The position numbers and the translations under genes are program-made. A DNA stretch of 64,000 bases. It comes from Veleropilina oligotropha (lineage: Eukaryota). Below, piece by piece: positions 51,560 to 62,780 of this stretch. How positions within the stretch are numbered: the stretch's first letter is position 1; each line of letters begins with the position of its first letter. Under the pieces are notes generated by a model. It had not been told where the DNA came from and did no database searches. It worked only from the letters and a program-made list of their open reading frames with translations. Location of the stretch: contig JBEUKZ010000054.1 in the NCBI GenBank assembly GCA_048128005.1, positions 1 through 64,000 of the forward strand, read 5' to 3'.

Positions 51560-54500
51560 ATTAGGCCCCGCAGGGAGGCCTATAGTGATCACCTTTTCCG
51601 TCCGTCCGTCCGTGCGTCCTTCCGTCCGTCCGTCCGTCCGACATGCACATTCTTTCATTTGCTCAATCTTAAGGTTAAGGTCCCAGGTCAAAATTTCTGC
51701 ACAATCTGCTGATTTAGCAAAGTATAACTAATAGACAATAAATAAAGAAGAGTAGGTACTCAATCTTAAGGTTAAGGTCCCAGGTCAAAGTTTCTGCACA
51801 ATCTGCTGATTTAGCAAAGTATAACTAATAGACAATAAATAAAGAAGAGTAGGTACTCAACTACTATTAATAGGCGTTACTTAATGGAATTTGATTCAAA
51901 TTACCTTGGTTAAGGTTCCATTGGGATTAATTATTATTTTTAAATATAAACATAACTTTGGTGAAAGTCGATCACTTGTCTCTCTGTCAGACTTGCTCTA
52001 GGCTTGTAGTGTATGCTACAGGCACAGTAAGCAGTGAGACTTAAGGTGATAGTTTATGAGGTTATATACAGTTTGTATATAGCTTCCCTGTTCGGAATAT
52101 CCAACAGCTTGTTTGATCATGCTATGATGTCGATCAAGAGTAAACCATCCCATGATCAGTGAATGTCCCAGGTTAATGTTTCATATGCTCAATCTTAAGG
52201 TTAAGATCACAGTAGAGTTTCCTTTGCCCAATCTTCTGATAAGATCCCAGGTTAAAGATTCATTTGCCCAATCTTCAGGTTAAGGTCCCAGGTCAAAGTT
52301 TCTACTTGTTTGATTTCTGAAGTTTTGCGTTTGGCTCTGTTTCTCAAAAGTATAAGATCTAGATCAAAATAACTATAGATGCTTCAAGGGTACTGATGCT
52401 AAATGAATGCTTCGGATGCTGTATATTAGTATATAACATATATTATATGGTACAATGACTTTGTCATCATAGTAATCATTAAATATGTGTTAAGATTTTG
52501 CTTTGTTTCCATATATCTTTTCACTCGAGCATCAGTTCAACTTCAAACTTCACGTGCAAACCTTATGAGCTGAAAAAAGTGCATACATATTTTTTTTAAA
52601 TAATAATAAATTAAAAAAATTAAAAAAAAAAATTCTTTTTTATATATCAAAAAGGTTCATGAATGATTTTCATCATGTCTGTAGCAGTTATTCTGAAAAA
52701 TTAATTATGCCTTAAAGTATTTAGGATAGAAATAATGGTAATTTTTGAAGAGTTATTAAATTTATTTTGTTTATTTATCTAAATGTTATGTGTGTATGAT
52801 GAAAGGGACATGTGCTTATCTGTAAGACTTGCTCACTGCCAATAGGCAAAGTAAGCTGTTAAGCTTAATGGTCACTCTGTGAAGCCGAGATTATCAAAAT
52901 CTGATGTATTTTGAAAACTGCATGGCTTCGCTCTTGGTTTATTCCATGGGTATCTTGATTTGGCAGTATATATGGCCATTAAAAGATCAGAATGTATACA
53001 GTGTCTATTATCATTCTCCTCAATTGATCAAGGTTAGCTTAATGCATCCCGAACAATAGTTCGGAATACACTGTAGCCTCGGTATAACGCGCCTCGATAT
53101 ACCGCGATATCGGTTATAACGCGAGGCAGATCATGGCTCCCAAAATTTTATACCATATATACCTACTTTCTATAAAATGAGTCTGTTTCATGATAATTTT
53201 AGCAAATTAAGGAACCATTTTACAAATTGCAAAACGAAATCGATACTTTTATTAAAATTAAAATCTACCTTGATTCATCTTGATTGTAAATGATTCTTTT
53301 AAGTTTATTCATACATCATTGTCTTGTTAACTTAATCCCTTTACACACGGAAACAATGGAAAGTAAGTTTGTTGACTCTGAAACATGGCCGACGGCTTGG
53401 GTCTACGGTCGCTTAGGACAATGACAAATTTACTTGCTATTAAATATTTTATTACACTTGTTGTTTTGTAAACAAATATGAAATAAACATTGATGTTTTA
53501 AGCGTTGTATGATCAAGTTTCTTTTATGGATATGATTTACGATTAGTAAATCAAATGAATGAATGATATCACGTGGTTGAAAATTTCGCTTAGAACAAAG
53601 ACAAACTGTTAACGATTAGTAAATCACATTACTGAATGATATCACGTGATGGAAAATTTATTGTATTCCCGTTGTAAATGACATCTACATTTCGCTTATT
53701 TTTTAAATGCAATGCCCTCCGCATTTTACATATTTGTCGGCAGCTCATTTATAACGCAACGACCTCTGAACTCCATGGATAAACAAAACAACACCCCAAA
53801 GATTTCACACGCACGTGATATTCCTAGTCACAGAAGAGCGAGCGGCTATTGATCAGTGCAAAACAAAAGAAACGATTAAATGCACTTGCAGCTTAATTGG
53901 GTTACTATGAACATGAACTACATTTCACCACCGTATAATACGCTATGAACACAACAGACAACAAAGCTTTTATTGCAGATTTAAATTAAAACACATGTTG
54001 AAACAATCGGAGTTACATTTATAAAATTTCCCCGTCAGACAGGTAAATATATATAAACTATATATATATATATATATATAACATTTCAAAATAGCTATAA
54101 TAAATGTTATATTTCCTGCATTCATCATTTTATTTATATGTAGTTACAAACTTACTTACGTCCTTACTCTTGCCATAATAGTAATATTATCGCTAACCGG
54201 AAACAGTGAATAAGTCACATTATGCACTCTTTATAAGTCAAAACGTACCACGATCACCTCCCCTGCTCCCGCTCTCCTAAGTTCCCCCAGCGAGATCTCG
54301 CCAAGTCTCGCGAGACTTCCGAACCATCGAAGTCACAAGACCTCAATTCAAAGTTTTCCGCGAAAACGGAAAGACGTGTTTTTTTGCTCCGCAAATCTTT
54401 CGACTTTGTCTTCGATTTTTACGTTAAGATCGAGGGCGATTAACGACAACTTTATTAAGTTGTGAAGGATTATAACCCTGTGTTGTGGATATTACAAAAC

Positions 54501-55109
54501 ACATGTGAATAGTGTTGATCATAGATGATTTGAAGATTTGAAGTTCTGAAAATCACCTGAAACCGACATCGCCGCTGTTGCAGGGAAAAGCATGGCCGCC
54601 TAGAGGGGAAAATTCGTAATTAGAAGAAATTTCTGGTCGGTATTCTTATCTGATATTGTTTGAGACTGCAAACAGGTAACTCATTATATTGGATAATTCC
54701 TTAACGACGCTATTGCTGGTTATTATTGTATAAAATTTCTAGCGTCGTTAATAGGCAGGATCGTTTTGATATCACGCTTGCGTTTTTCTGATATCCTGCC
54801 GTTTCTGGGATAATACGCCATTGTACTAACATAAAAACATCCACGAGGTTTTCAGGTGTTTTTCTGGGCGGTTTTTTCGAAGAAAGAACCCCCGTTTGTT
54901 TTAGTCGATTTGCCGGATTACCGGGTCGTGTCGGGTAAATACCCGGCCTCGGTGTTCCCAGTTCGGGGTTTTTTGCGGTATATCGCTGATCTTCGATCTT
55001 CAGATCAGGGCAATTTAGAAGAGTTGTCGTAGTACAATAGTCACACTACCTTATATATACCTATTTATCTACCCCATACACCCACTACCACCCTCCCGTG
55101 TATTCAGCT

Positions 55110-57382
55110 ATGGTCCGGTGCAGTAGCTCCGGGTGTAACCAGAAAATTCACGGATTTGATAAGCACAAGGAATGCCGTGTTCACCGTACTTGTAGTTTAC
55201 AACTTCAATGTGATCTGTGCCTTCTTTTATCAGATAAGCAGTGGGCTGTTCTCTCCCACCAGGGTAAGTCGACCAGGGCGACTGCCACGGCGGGTCCTCC
55301 CCCGGAGAAGGGTCAGGAAGAGGCGAGTAAGTTAACGAGTTCCCTTAGGGGTTCCGTAAGGGATAACGTTTCTTCTTTCTCTGATTCAGGGACGCTAATG
55401 GACGCCAGCAGACCTAAGGGACCAGCTGTCGCCGGAACGGCACCCGGCGAAACCTCCGCGACTCTTGGGGGAGTCACCGAAACCCTGCCGGGACCCCAGA
55501 TTCAGGTAACGGCCCGAGTGCCGACCGTTCCTCCTCAAACGGGCCAAGTAACTGCAGCCAACCATACCTTGCCGGCTAGCAAGGTATATCTGGCAGCGCA
55601 GCGAACCGCTGAACAGGGCAGACAATCCCCTACCTTTTCTTCGGCCTCGAAGAATAAGGGGACAGTTAGTCCTTCTGCGAGAAACTCTCCTTCTAGCGAA
55701 GGGGACAGACTCAATGCAGAGAAAGCCTTTAAAGAGGCCGGGCACCTACTTGTAGGTCTAAGACTCGGACAATCGGCGACACCTGGATCCTCGATCGAGA
55801 CCGACGCGACTTCCCCTAGGGGTTTTCCGCTCAACCTCGAAGCTCACGAGACATTCAGAGGGCCCGTTCTTTCTCGTGCACCCACGATGGTCACGCTAGA
55901 GAACGTGGACAGACCGGCTGCGTTCGGGACGGGGTTCTACGGCGGTTTTCCGACCGTGCCTCGACCGAGCAGAGTGGTAGACCGATCTGAACTGTTGCCG
56001 CAGTTCTATCGGTCGTCCGGCCCACTGACTGCGCCTTCGGGCAAGCCCTTCGGGTTCGACCCCTCGACAAGTGCCCTAGGACCCTGGTCCTCGGTACCAC
56101 CTGTCCATGCAGCCCGTCTACCTAGCGCCACGGTTTCCTCGACTGAACTACCGGCTGTTAGTTCGACGCCCGTCCTGCCTCAGGGTTTCTCTTTGGAGAA
56201 CGTCCAGGCATGGATCGCGGCGGGGATCGAGGAACAGTGTAAGGCCTGGCCGACGGCTCCCCAGCCGCGCCTGGTACCTACACATCTGCCCATGGCGCAG
56301 AGCACGGCTCCTGCCTCCGTGATGGAGATCGACCCTCGTTCCGACGAGGACCTCGATTCACGTCACTCCGACCTCCCTGAATCGGTCGGGCCCGAAGACG
56401 CTAGTCTTTCAGGCACGCAGGAGCCGACCTCCTCCACCCGCCGAAGGCTCGACGCCGTTGCGTCACTTCGCGGGGTGCTTGGCTTGTCGGAACCGACTCG
56501 GTCGGCCGTAGACGTAGTCAAACACAGGACGGCAGCACATCGGTTTGTTGCGAGGGAAGCCCCCGAGCTCCCCTCCTTACCTCAGTCTGGGTTGGTTGAT
56601 CTTGTCGTCGACTCGATCACCAAGCTCATTCAGGGGCGCAATCCGGTGGAGTCCTCCCCGCTGAACGAGTTCCCTTCGGGGTTCCGTAGTGGGAGGTACC
56701 TCCGGGCCAGTTCGCGAGCGATCCCGTTCGCCTGCACTGGTCCATGCCTAGCGACTGACCCGGCTCGTGTAGACGCTTCGTTGCGTCGACTGACCGCCAG
56801 TCACACTCCCTCCGTGGCGAAAGTTCCTTGGAAGCTTTCGAGAGCGCCGCCCGACGGGCTCTGCGTCTGTCGTCCGTACAGGATTTTTTCCTGGACGGTG
56901 CGATAGCCGTACTACAGGAGGATGGACCCGGCGCCCACGAGGCTGCCCTGTCCTTCCTCCAGGAGGTTGCTGCCGCGCAGGAGACCAGTGCGTTGGAGAC
57001 GGGACGTGTCCTGGGCAATGCGCACCTACTTCGTAGGGACGCTTGCCTGGAAGGCACCTCGCTAGACGAGGCCACCCGGCGCTCGTTGCGATGCGTGCCT
57101 TGCTCGGCCACCACTCTCTTTGGCGACAACTTTTCGGAGTTCGTCGACAAGAGAGCGGCGGATATGAAGGACCGTGCCATCGAGAAGGCAGTACTGCACC
57201 CCACCCGGGGTCCACCTGCCGGCTCGAAGAAGCGCTCAGGGCCCACCCCGGCCCCGAAGCCTTCTAAGCGTGCGAAGCCCTCTTCGGGTGGTAGGCCTCC
57301 GGCCAATAAACCCACTCCGAAGAAGCAAGCACCTCCAGCGAAATCCCGCAAGCAGAGCGGGAGAGGGAAGCCTCGGCCCTAG
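55110..57382 (+). CDS. DIRS gag-like ORF1 (N-terminal Cys/His cluster), one frame break near 56828
   Basis: MVRCSSSGC...HKECRVHRTC....CDLC, a long Ser/Pro-rich middle, then in the -1 frame LLRRDACL...TLFG and a basic tail. Confidence 0.8.
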
Positions 57383-59453
57383 GGTTGCCGGCATTCGCGA
57401 CGGTCTCAGTTGCTCGCTTCCGCCGGTGGGAGCGTGCCTATCAGCGCACAGCCAGTCGTGGCTAGAGCTGACAGACAGCAACTGGGTCCACTTAGTCGTG
57501 AGTGCCGGATACAAGTTGGCATTCAACCGGCATCCGACCTTAACCGAGGCACCACCATCAAGACACGCTCGCCTCCTAAACGGAGAGAAACAAGCGGTCT
57601 TAGACCAGGCAGTGCGGGATTTGCTCCTAAAAAGAGCGATATATCCCACGCCGCCCAGCACACCAGGATTTTACAGCCATTTCTTCCTGGTCCCGAAACC
57701 CGATGGCCGCTGGAGACCGATCCTCGATCTCTCATATCTCAACCGATATCTTCGTACCGAGAAATTCCAGCAAGAAACCCTCTCAAAGATTCGAGCGGCC
57801 ATCCGTCCGGGCGACTGGGCAGCGTCTATCGATCTGACCGACGCGTATCTGCATGTCCCGATGCATGTCACGGCTCAGTACCTTCGGTTTATACACGGGG
57901 AGACGATCTACCAATTCAGGTGCCTACCGTTCGGTCTATCGTCAGCCCCTTACGTCTTCACGAGAACAGTACAGGCCCTAGGGGCCTTCCTACACTCTCT
58001 AGGGCACAGGGTACATATGTACCTCGACGACTGGCTGATCCTCGGGGCGTCCCGGGATCTGTGCCTCCGGTCTACGAGCTTTACCCTGTTATCGACGAAG
58101 CGCCTAGGATTTCAGATCAACGAGACAAAATCCTGCTTCGTACCCTCGACGACGTTTACGTTCCTCGGAGTCGACTTCGATACGGTCCGGTACACCGCGA
58201 AGCCGACCCAGAAGCGTATGCGGAACCTACGCGCGGTTATCCAAGACACCCTGTCATCGGACGTAACTACAGCGCGACAACTGGCCACTGTCCTAGGGCA
58301 CATCGAGTCGGTAGCGACCCTGCTACCGACGGGTCGCATGGACAAACGACCGTTGCAGCAGGCGTTCAGGGATCGCTGGATACAACGGACGGGGCAGTGG
58401 ACGGATCGCATCGATCTACGGCATTGGTTTACCAGCACAACAGCAGTGTGGTTGAACCCTGCTTTGCCGGACCAGTCGGTTCCTATATCCCCGCCAGAGC
58501 CGAACGCTTACCTGTTCACAGACGCTTCGAACGACGGCTGGGGTGGTCACCTCGACAGTTACGAGACATCAGGCCTATGGCCGACGGACCTTCAGGGACG
58601 GCACATCAACTTTCTAGAGTTAGAAGCAGTCTACCTGACAGTACGGTCCCTCTCGTTACATCTCCGCAACAAGCACATAATGCTCGCCACGGACAACACG
58701 ACTGTCGTCGCTTACATTCAGCACCAGGGCGGCACTCGCTCGCGTCCCCTTTGCGACCGAGCAATAGACCTACACCGCTTAGTGATGTCCCTCAACTCGA
58801 CGATTCGAGCCCGACACATCCCGGGAAGGCTGAATGTCAGAGCGGATTCGCTCTCTCGGAAATCACAGATAATACACACAGAGTGGACGCTACACAGCCG
58901 AGTAGCTCGGGATGTTTGCCGCCGGTGGTCGCAACCCCAAGTCGATCTGTTTGCAACAGAATTCAATTACCGACTACCTCTGTATGTCTCCCCGTACCCG
59001 GACCCGGCCGCCCTAGCGGTCGACGCACTGTCAATGACATGGGAGAATCTGTCCGCGTATGCCTTCCCCCCGTCGTGCATTCTATCACTGGTATTACAGA
59101 AGGCATCGAACGAACGTTGCGAGATAACGCTAATAGCGCCCCTGTATCGCACGCAACCTTGGTTTCCGACCCTCCTCGATCTGATCGTCGATCGCCCGTT
59201 AGCGCTACCGCAGAAACTAGACCTGTTAATGCAACCGCGCACCCGTGTACTCCACGAATCGCCGAACGACTTACGTTTACACGCCTGGCGGTTATCGAAC
59301 GATCCCTTGCTAAGAAAGGATTTTCTAAAGCTACAGCCCTACGCATCTACCGATCGAGAAGGCTTTCCACGACAAAAGTTTATGACTACCGATGGGTTAA
59401 GTACGTGGATTGGTGTCACAGCAGGCAGGTCAATATACTCCGTCCCCCTGTGA
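57174..59453 (+). CDS. DIRS reverse transcriptase - RNase H - Dam-like methyltransferase ORF
   Basis: RT: WRPILDL..LN, IDLTDAYLHV, LPFGLSSAP, YLDDWL, FLG. RNase H: TDAS..GWG, HINFLELEAV, TDNTT, N.RADSLSR. MTase-like: VDLFA, YAFPP. The true start is uncertain. Confidence 0.96.
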   Translation: MPSRRQYCTPPGVHLPARRSAQGPPRPRSLLSVRSPLRVVGLRPINPLRRSKHLQRNPASRAGEGSLGPRVAGIRDGLSCSLPPVGACLSAHSQSWLELTDSNWVHLVVSAGYKLAFNRHPTLTEAPPSRHARLLNGEKQAVLDQAVRDLLLKRAIYPTPPSTPGFYSHFFLVPKPDGRWRPILDLSYLNRYLRTEKFQQETLSKIRAAIRPGDWAASIDLTDAYLHVPMHVTAQYLRFIHGETIYQFRCLPFGLSSAPYVFTRTVQALGAFLHSLGHRVHMYLDDWLILGASRDLCLRSTSFTLLSTKRLGFQINETKSCFVPSTTFTFLGVDFDTVRYTAKPTQKRMRNLRAVIQDTLSSDVTTARQLATVLGHIESVATLLPTGRMDKRPLQQAFRDRWIQRTGQWTDRIDLRHWFTSTTAVWLNPALPDQSVPISPPEPNAYLFTDASNDGWGGHLDSYETSGLWPTDLQGRHINFLELEAVYLTVRSLSLHLRNKHIMLATDNTTVVAYIQHQGGTRSRPLCDRAIDLHRLVMSLNSTIRARHIPGRLNVRADSLSRKSQIIHTEWTLHSRVARDVCRRWSQPQVDLFATEFNYRLPLYVSPYPDPAALAVDALSMTWENLSAYAFPPSCILSLVLQKASNERCEITLIAPLYRTQPWFPTLLDLIVDRPLALPQKLDLLMQPRTRVLHESPNDLRLHAWRLSNDPLLRKDFLKLQPYASTDREGFPRQKFMTTDGLSTWIGVTAGRSIYSVPL

Positions 59454-60364
59454 ACAAATTTATCGAGTTTTTATCGTCGCTCTTCGACCGCGGTATGTCA
59501 GTGTCCGCCGTCAAAGGCTATCGGGCAACGATCGCGACCACGTTAAAACAGTGTCGTGCCCATGCTGGCCTCTCTAACGACCGTACGATTTCAGATTTTA
59601 TTCGATCCTACGAACTCGAGATGCCGACCCGAACCATTCGGCCACCTGCCTGGAATATTGTTCTAATTCTTAACGCTCTACACTTACCCCCGTACGAGCC
59701 GATGTCCACGATTTCTATGAGGAACTTAACGCACAAAACAGTTTTTCTGATCGCCTTAGCGTCGGGCAGGCGTTGTTCCGAGATTCATAGCTTATCCGCC
59801 GAGCTTCGTGATATTAGATTCCAGTCAGACGGGTCGGTGATGCTGCGTCCTGTTCTGGGCTTCCTCGCCAAGAACCAACGGCCGAACGAGGACGCACCTG
59901 ATATTATTATTCCCAAGCTTACGCTGGTCGGAAGGCATGATGAAGACCGGTTAAATTGCCCGGTACGGGCCCTGCGCTTCTACCTCGACAGAACCCGTGA
60001 TCTCAGACAAGGAAAATTGCGTTTATTCATTTCGTATTTACCTTCCTTCACCCATGACATTACCAAGACTACTGTTTCGCGGTGGATTTCACAGGTGGTG
60101 AGAGATGTTTACTCTCGCTGTGAAGAAGTAGACCGCACTATTTTATCCGTGCGTGCGCACGAGGTCCGTGCAATCGCTGCGTCCATTGCCTTCCGACATA
60201 ATTTAAATATTACAGCGTTGCTTCAAGCGGGTTACTGGAAAACAGCTAATGTCTTCGTTAAGTATTATCTGCGGGACTATTCAACCGGGGCTGACGGGTT
60301 GAGCACCCTACAATGTGTGGCTGCTCAACGTTGTATTGTTAGACCGAGGTCGTCTAATCAGTGA
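57410..60364 (+). CDS. DIRS tyrosine recombinase ORF (N-terminal part overlaps the RT ORF)
   Basis: C-terminal ~360 aa carry LASGRRCSEI, AKN, CPVRAL, HEVR and GYW...F.KYY (R-K-H-R-W-Y catalytic set). Confidence 0.95.
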   Translation: MLASAGGSVPISAQPVVARADRQQLGPLSRECRIQVGIQPASDLNRGTTIKTRSPPKRRETSGLRPGSAGFAPKKSDISHAAQHTRILQPFLPGPETRWPLETDPRSLISQPISSYREIPARNPLKDSSGHPSGRLGSVYRSDRRVSACPDACHGSVPSVYTRGDDLPIQVPTVRSIVSPLRLHENSTGPRGLPTLSRAQGTYVPRRLADPRGVPGSVPPVYELYPVIDEAPRISDQRDKILLRTLDDVYVPRSRLRYGPVHREADPEAYAEPTRGYPRHPVIGRNYSATTGHCPRAHRVGSDPATDGSHGQTTVAAGVQGSLDTTDGAVDGSHRSTALVYQHNSSVVEPCFAGPVGSYIPARAERLPVHRRFERRLGWSPRQLRDIRPMADGPSGTAHQLSRVRSSLPDSTVPLVTSPQQAHNARHGQHDCRRLHSAPGRHSLASPLRPSNRPTPLSDVPQLDDSSPTHPGKAECQSGFALSEITDNTHRVDATQPSSSGCLPPVVATPSRSVCNRIQLPTTSVCLPVPGPGRPSGRRTVNDMGESVRVCLPPVVHSITGITEGIERTLRDNANSAPVSHATLVSDPPRSDRRSPVSATAETRPVNATAHPCTPRIAERLTFTRLAVIERSLAKKGFSKATALRIYRSRRLSTTKVYDYRWVKYVDWCHSRQVNILRPPVNKFIEFLSSLFDRGMSVSAVKGYRATIATTLKQCRAHAGLSNDRTISDFIRSYELEMPTRTIRPPAWNIVLILNALHLPPYEPMSTISMRNLTHKTVFLIALASGRRCSEIHSLSAELRDIRFQSDGSVMLRPVLGFLAKNQRPNEDAPDIIIPKLTLVGRHDEDRLNCPVRALRFYLDRTRDLRQGKLRLFISYLPSFTHDITKTTVSRWISQVVRDVYSRCEEVDRTILSVRAHEVRAIAASIAFRHNLNITALLQAGYWKTANVFVKYYLRDYSTGADGLSTLQCVAAQRCIVRPRSSNQ

Positions 60365-61195
60365 GTATTATTTGTTGATTGATCAATTTACATAATTCAT
60401 GCTGACGCATTGTTATTTGTTGGCCTAGATGTTCGATGAAATCGACACATTATGAGGCGATTCAATGTCTGTTCATTTCTTAAAAATATTTTAAGATTTT
60501 GTACTTCATGTCATTTCTGAGTATATTGACAAGCCAGATTACATTGAATTTAATAAACAAAAATATTGCGACAAACTTATAAGATTTGAGGTTCAATATT
60601 ATTGATGTTCTATGCTGTATAGACCATACGATGTTCAAGACATTGAAAAAATTTAATATTTGCTTCCTTTAAATTTATTTTAAGTAACATGTCGTACATA
60701 TAAGCTTCCTTAAAAGGTTTTTTAAGTAACTTGTCGTACATGTTGGCATTCGCAAGTTGGTCATGCGAATTACTTATTAATATCGATTATTTGTAATAAT
60801 CTATTAATTCTTTGCTTTGATTTAAAGCTTTCACAACCTGTTAGGTTCCGTGTGCTTACAAATCCGACTGCATCCTCTGGCTGCCGGCCTTTAGGCCCGG
60901 AGTACCATTTGGCTGCCACTGGTCCATGACACGTAAGACCTACAGGGATTCATCCTTCCGGCCGTGCCTGTGGCTGATTGCACTTCCGTTCACCTCGTCC
61001 GACTAACACCACGGCGTATTCTCCCGGTAACACTGGTCGAAATTCTCGCTTGGTAAGGGTAGAATAATACTCAGTAAATTCCACTCTGGGCGGACACAAT
61101 CGACGCTTCGAGCTGATTGACATGGTGAAAAGTAAGTCATTATCTTGTTTGGGTTTGCTGTAAGGAACTTCTTACCCACCTATCCAAGGTTATTC

Positions 61196-61301
61196 TGGCA
61201 AGAGTAAGGACGTAAGTAAGTTTGTAACTACATATGAGGTTTTAATTTAAACCTAATATTAGTTAAACCTAATATTAGTTAAAACATACTTACGTCCTTA
61301 C
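61196..61301. other. DIRS internal complementary region (ICR)
   Basis: Reverse complement of the element's left terminus (atgtagttacaaac...) abutting the reverse complement of its right terminus (...ttaaaacctcat). Confidence 0.93.
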
Positions 61302-62070
61302 CACGATTACCCACCCTGCTTCGCATTCCTCCCCTCTACTAAGTTCCTTTGGGGTTCTGAACTTTGAATTGAGGTCTTGTGACTTCGATGGTTCGGAAGT
61401 CTCGCGAGACTTGGCGAGATCTCGCTGGGGGAACTTAGGAGAGCGGGAGCAGGGGAGGTGATCGTGGTACGTTTTGACTTATAAAGAGTGCATAATGTGA
61501 CTTATTCACTGTTTCCGGTTAGCGATAATATTACTATTATGGCAAGAGTAAGGACGTAAGTATGTTTTAACTAATATTAGGTTTAAATTAAAACCTCATT
61601 TTCCTCTCATATACACATTACAATGACATTAGCATATTCATGACAGCTTTTCAATAGACAATATTCGTATACCGCGGATCGGTTATAACGCGGTGCGTGT
61701 CCACTTGGACCCCAATACCCGCGTTATACCGAGGCTACAGTGTACTGTAGTCGATTCATTGTTTAGTCATTTAGATTTCTTGTGCGCACAGTACAGTCAA
61801 CAGTTCTGAACAGATTTCATTCAAATTTGATATGCGCATTTATAAAGTTTGATGAGGAAACGATGCTGAGTGTTTACATAAAGTTTCTTTGATCAATGAT
61901 GTTTGTCGCTTTCCTCTTTTCACAATTTTTATCGTGTTGGTGATCGCTAAAGCGGGGCCTCCGTGATGGTGTTCCATCACTTTTTATCTAGTTATTATTA
62001 TTATATATAAGGCATTGCAACAGGTATCCAATCCATATTGGGCATTTCAACAAGGTATTCAATCCATATA

Positions 62071-62780
62071 ATAATAATAATATAATAATAATAATACTTT
62101 ATTTTACGAGGGAGAACAGTTAGTTACATAAACCAATCTTTCCTGAGTCCCTCAAAACTAACTACTAGTAGATACAAATATTAACTAACTATGCATAGTA
62201 TTGTATAACACAAAGTCACATATATTAATAATAATATATAAATAAGTGATTGCTAACAATAAATAGGTCACTCAATCACATCAAAGTAGATGAATAGTGT
62301 ATCAATACAGTAATGTAGATATGATGTAATTACATCGTCTTATATGTGTACACAAAAACAGCATATCTGAATAGAGGCAAGTTATAAATATGCGAAATAG
62401 TGCAGTCACACACATCAGCGTGGATTCTTTAGATGGTGTATCATTTTATGTTTAAAATCATATATTGATTTAGCATGTTTTACAGCTTGGGGTAAATTGT
62501 TCCATAGCTGGGAGCCCGTGTATGTGAAAGTTCGTTTTAGCAATTCAGTTCTTGGTTTGGGAAGATATAATTTGTTATTTGTAGCTGATCTCAGTTCCTT
62601 ATTGTGTATTTGGTGATTGAATTTAAAGTTCGTTTGAAGGTACATTGGTGCAAGGTCATTAGAACATTTATACATTAACATTCCTTTACTTAGCTGAAGT
62701 CTGTCATTGAAATTTAACCAATCCAGTGTCTTGAAAAGCTCTTTACTTGGGGCATCATAACTTGCATCCAAGATTATTCT
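62071..62780 (-). mobile_element. LINE (L2/Crack-like) 3' fragment
   Basis: RIILDASY..S..LF..L.WL, LMYK..N.LAP.YL, KRTFTY.G..LWN.LP, stop at 62415, then a 3' UTR ending aaataaag(tat)n. Confidence 0.9.

Larger units (their letters stand above)
54138..61599 (+). mobile_element. Full-length DIRS1-type tyrosine-recombinase retrotransposon
   Basis: Inverted terminal repeats at 54153-54355 and 61360-61562, a right-end extension, an ICR at 61196-61301, and gag-like, RT/RH/MT and YR ORFs in the canonical order. Confidence 0.97.
53069..61742. mobile_element. Tc1/mariner-pogo-type non-autonomous element (host of the DIRS)
   Basis: Perfect 23-bp TIR cactgtagcctcggtataacgcg with TA on both flanks. Confidence 0.9.
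51560..61993 (+). mobile_element. HINE-like element split by later insertions
   Basis: 5' aggccccgc...aggcct hairpin plus (GTCC)n at 51560-51640. The matching gcggggcct (61952-61960) is followed by stem-loop gtgatgg-tgtt-ccatcac and ctagtt. Confidence 0.75.

Noticed and set aside
55395..59346. Minus-strand ORFs within the DIRS
   Set aside because: Antisense shadows of GC-rich coding sequence, with no motifs.
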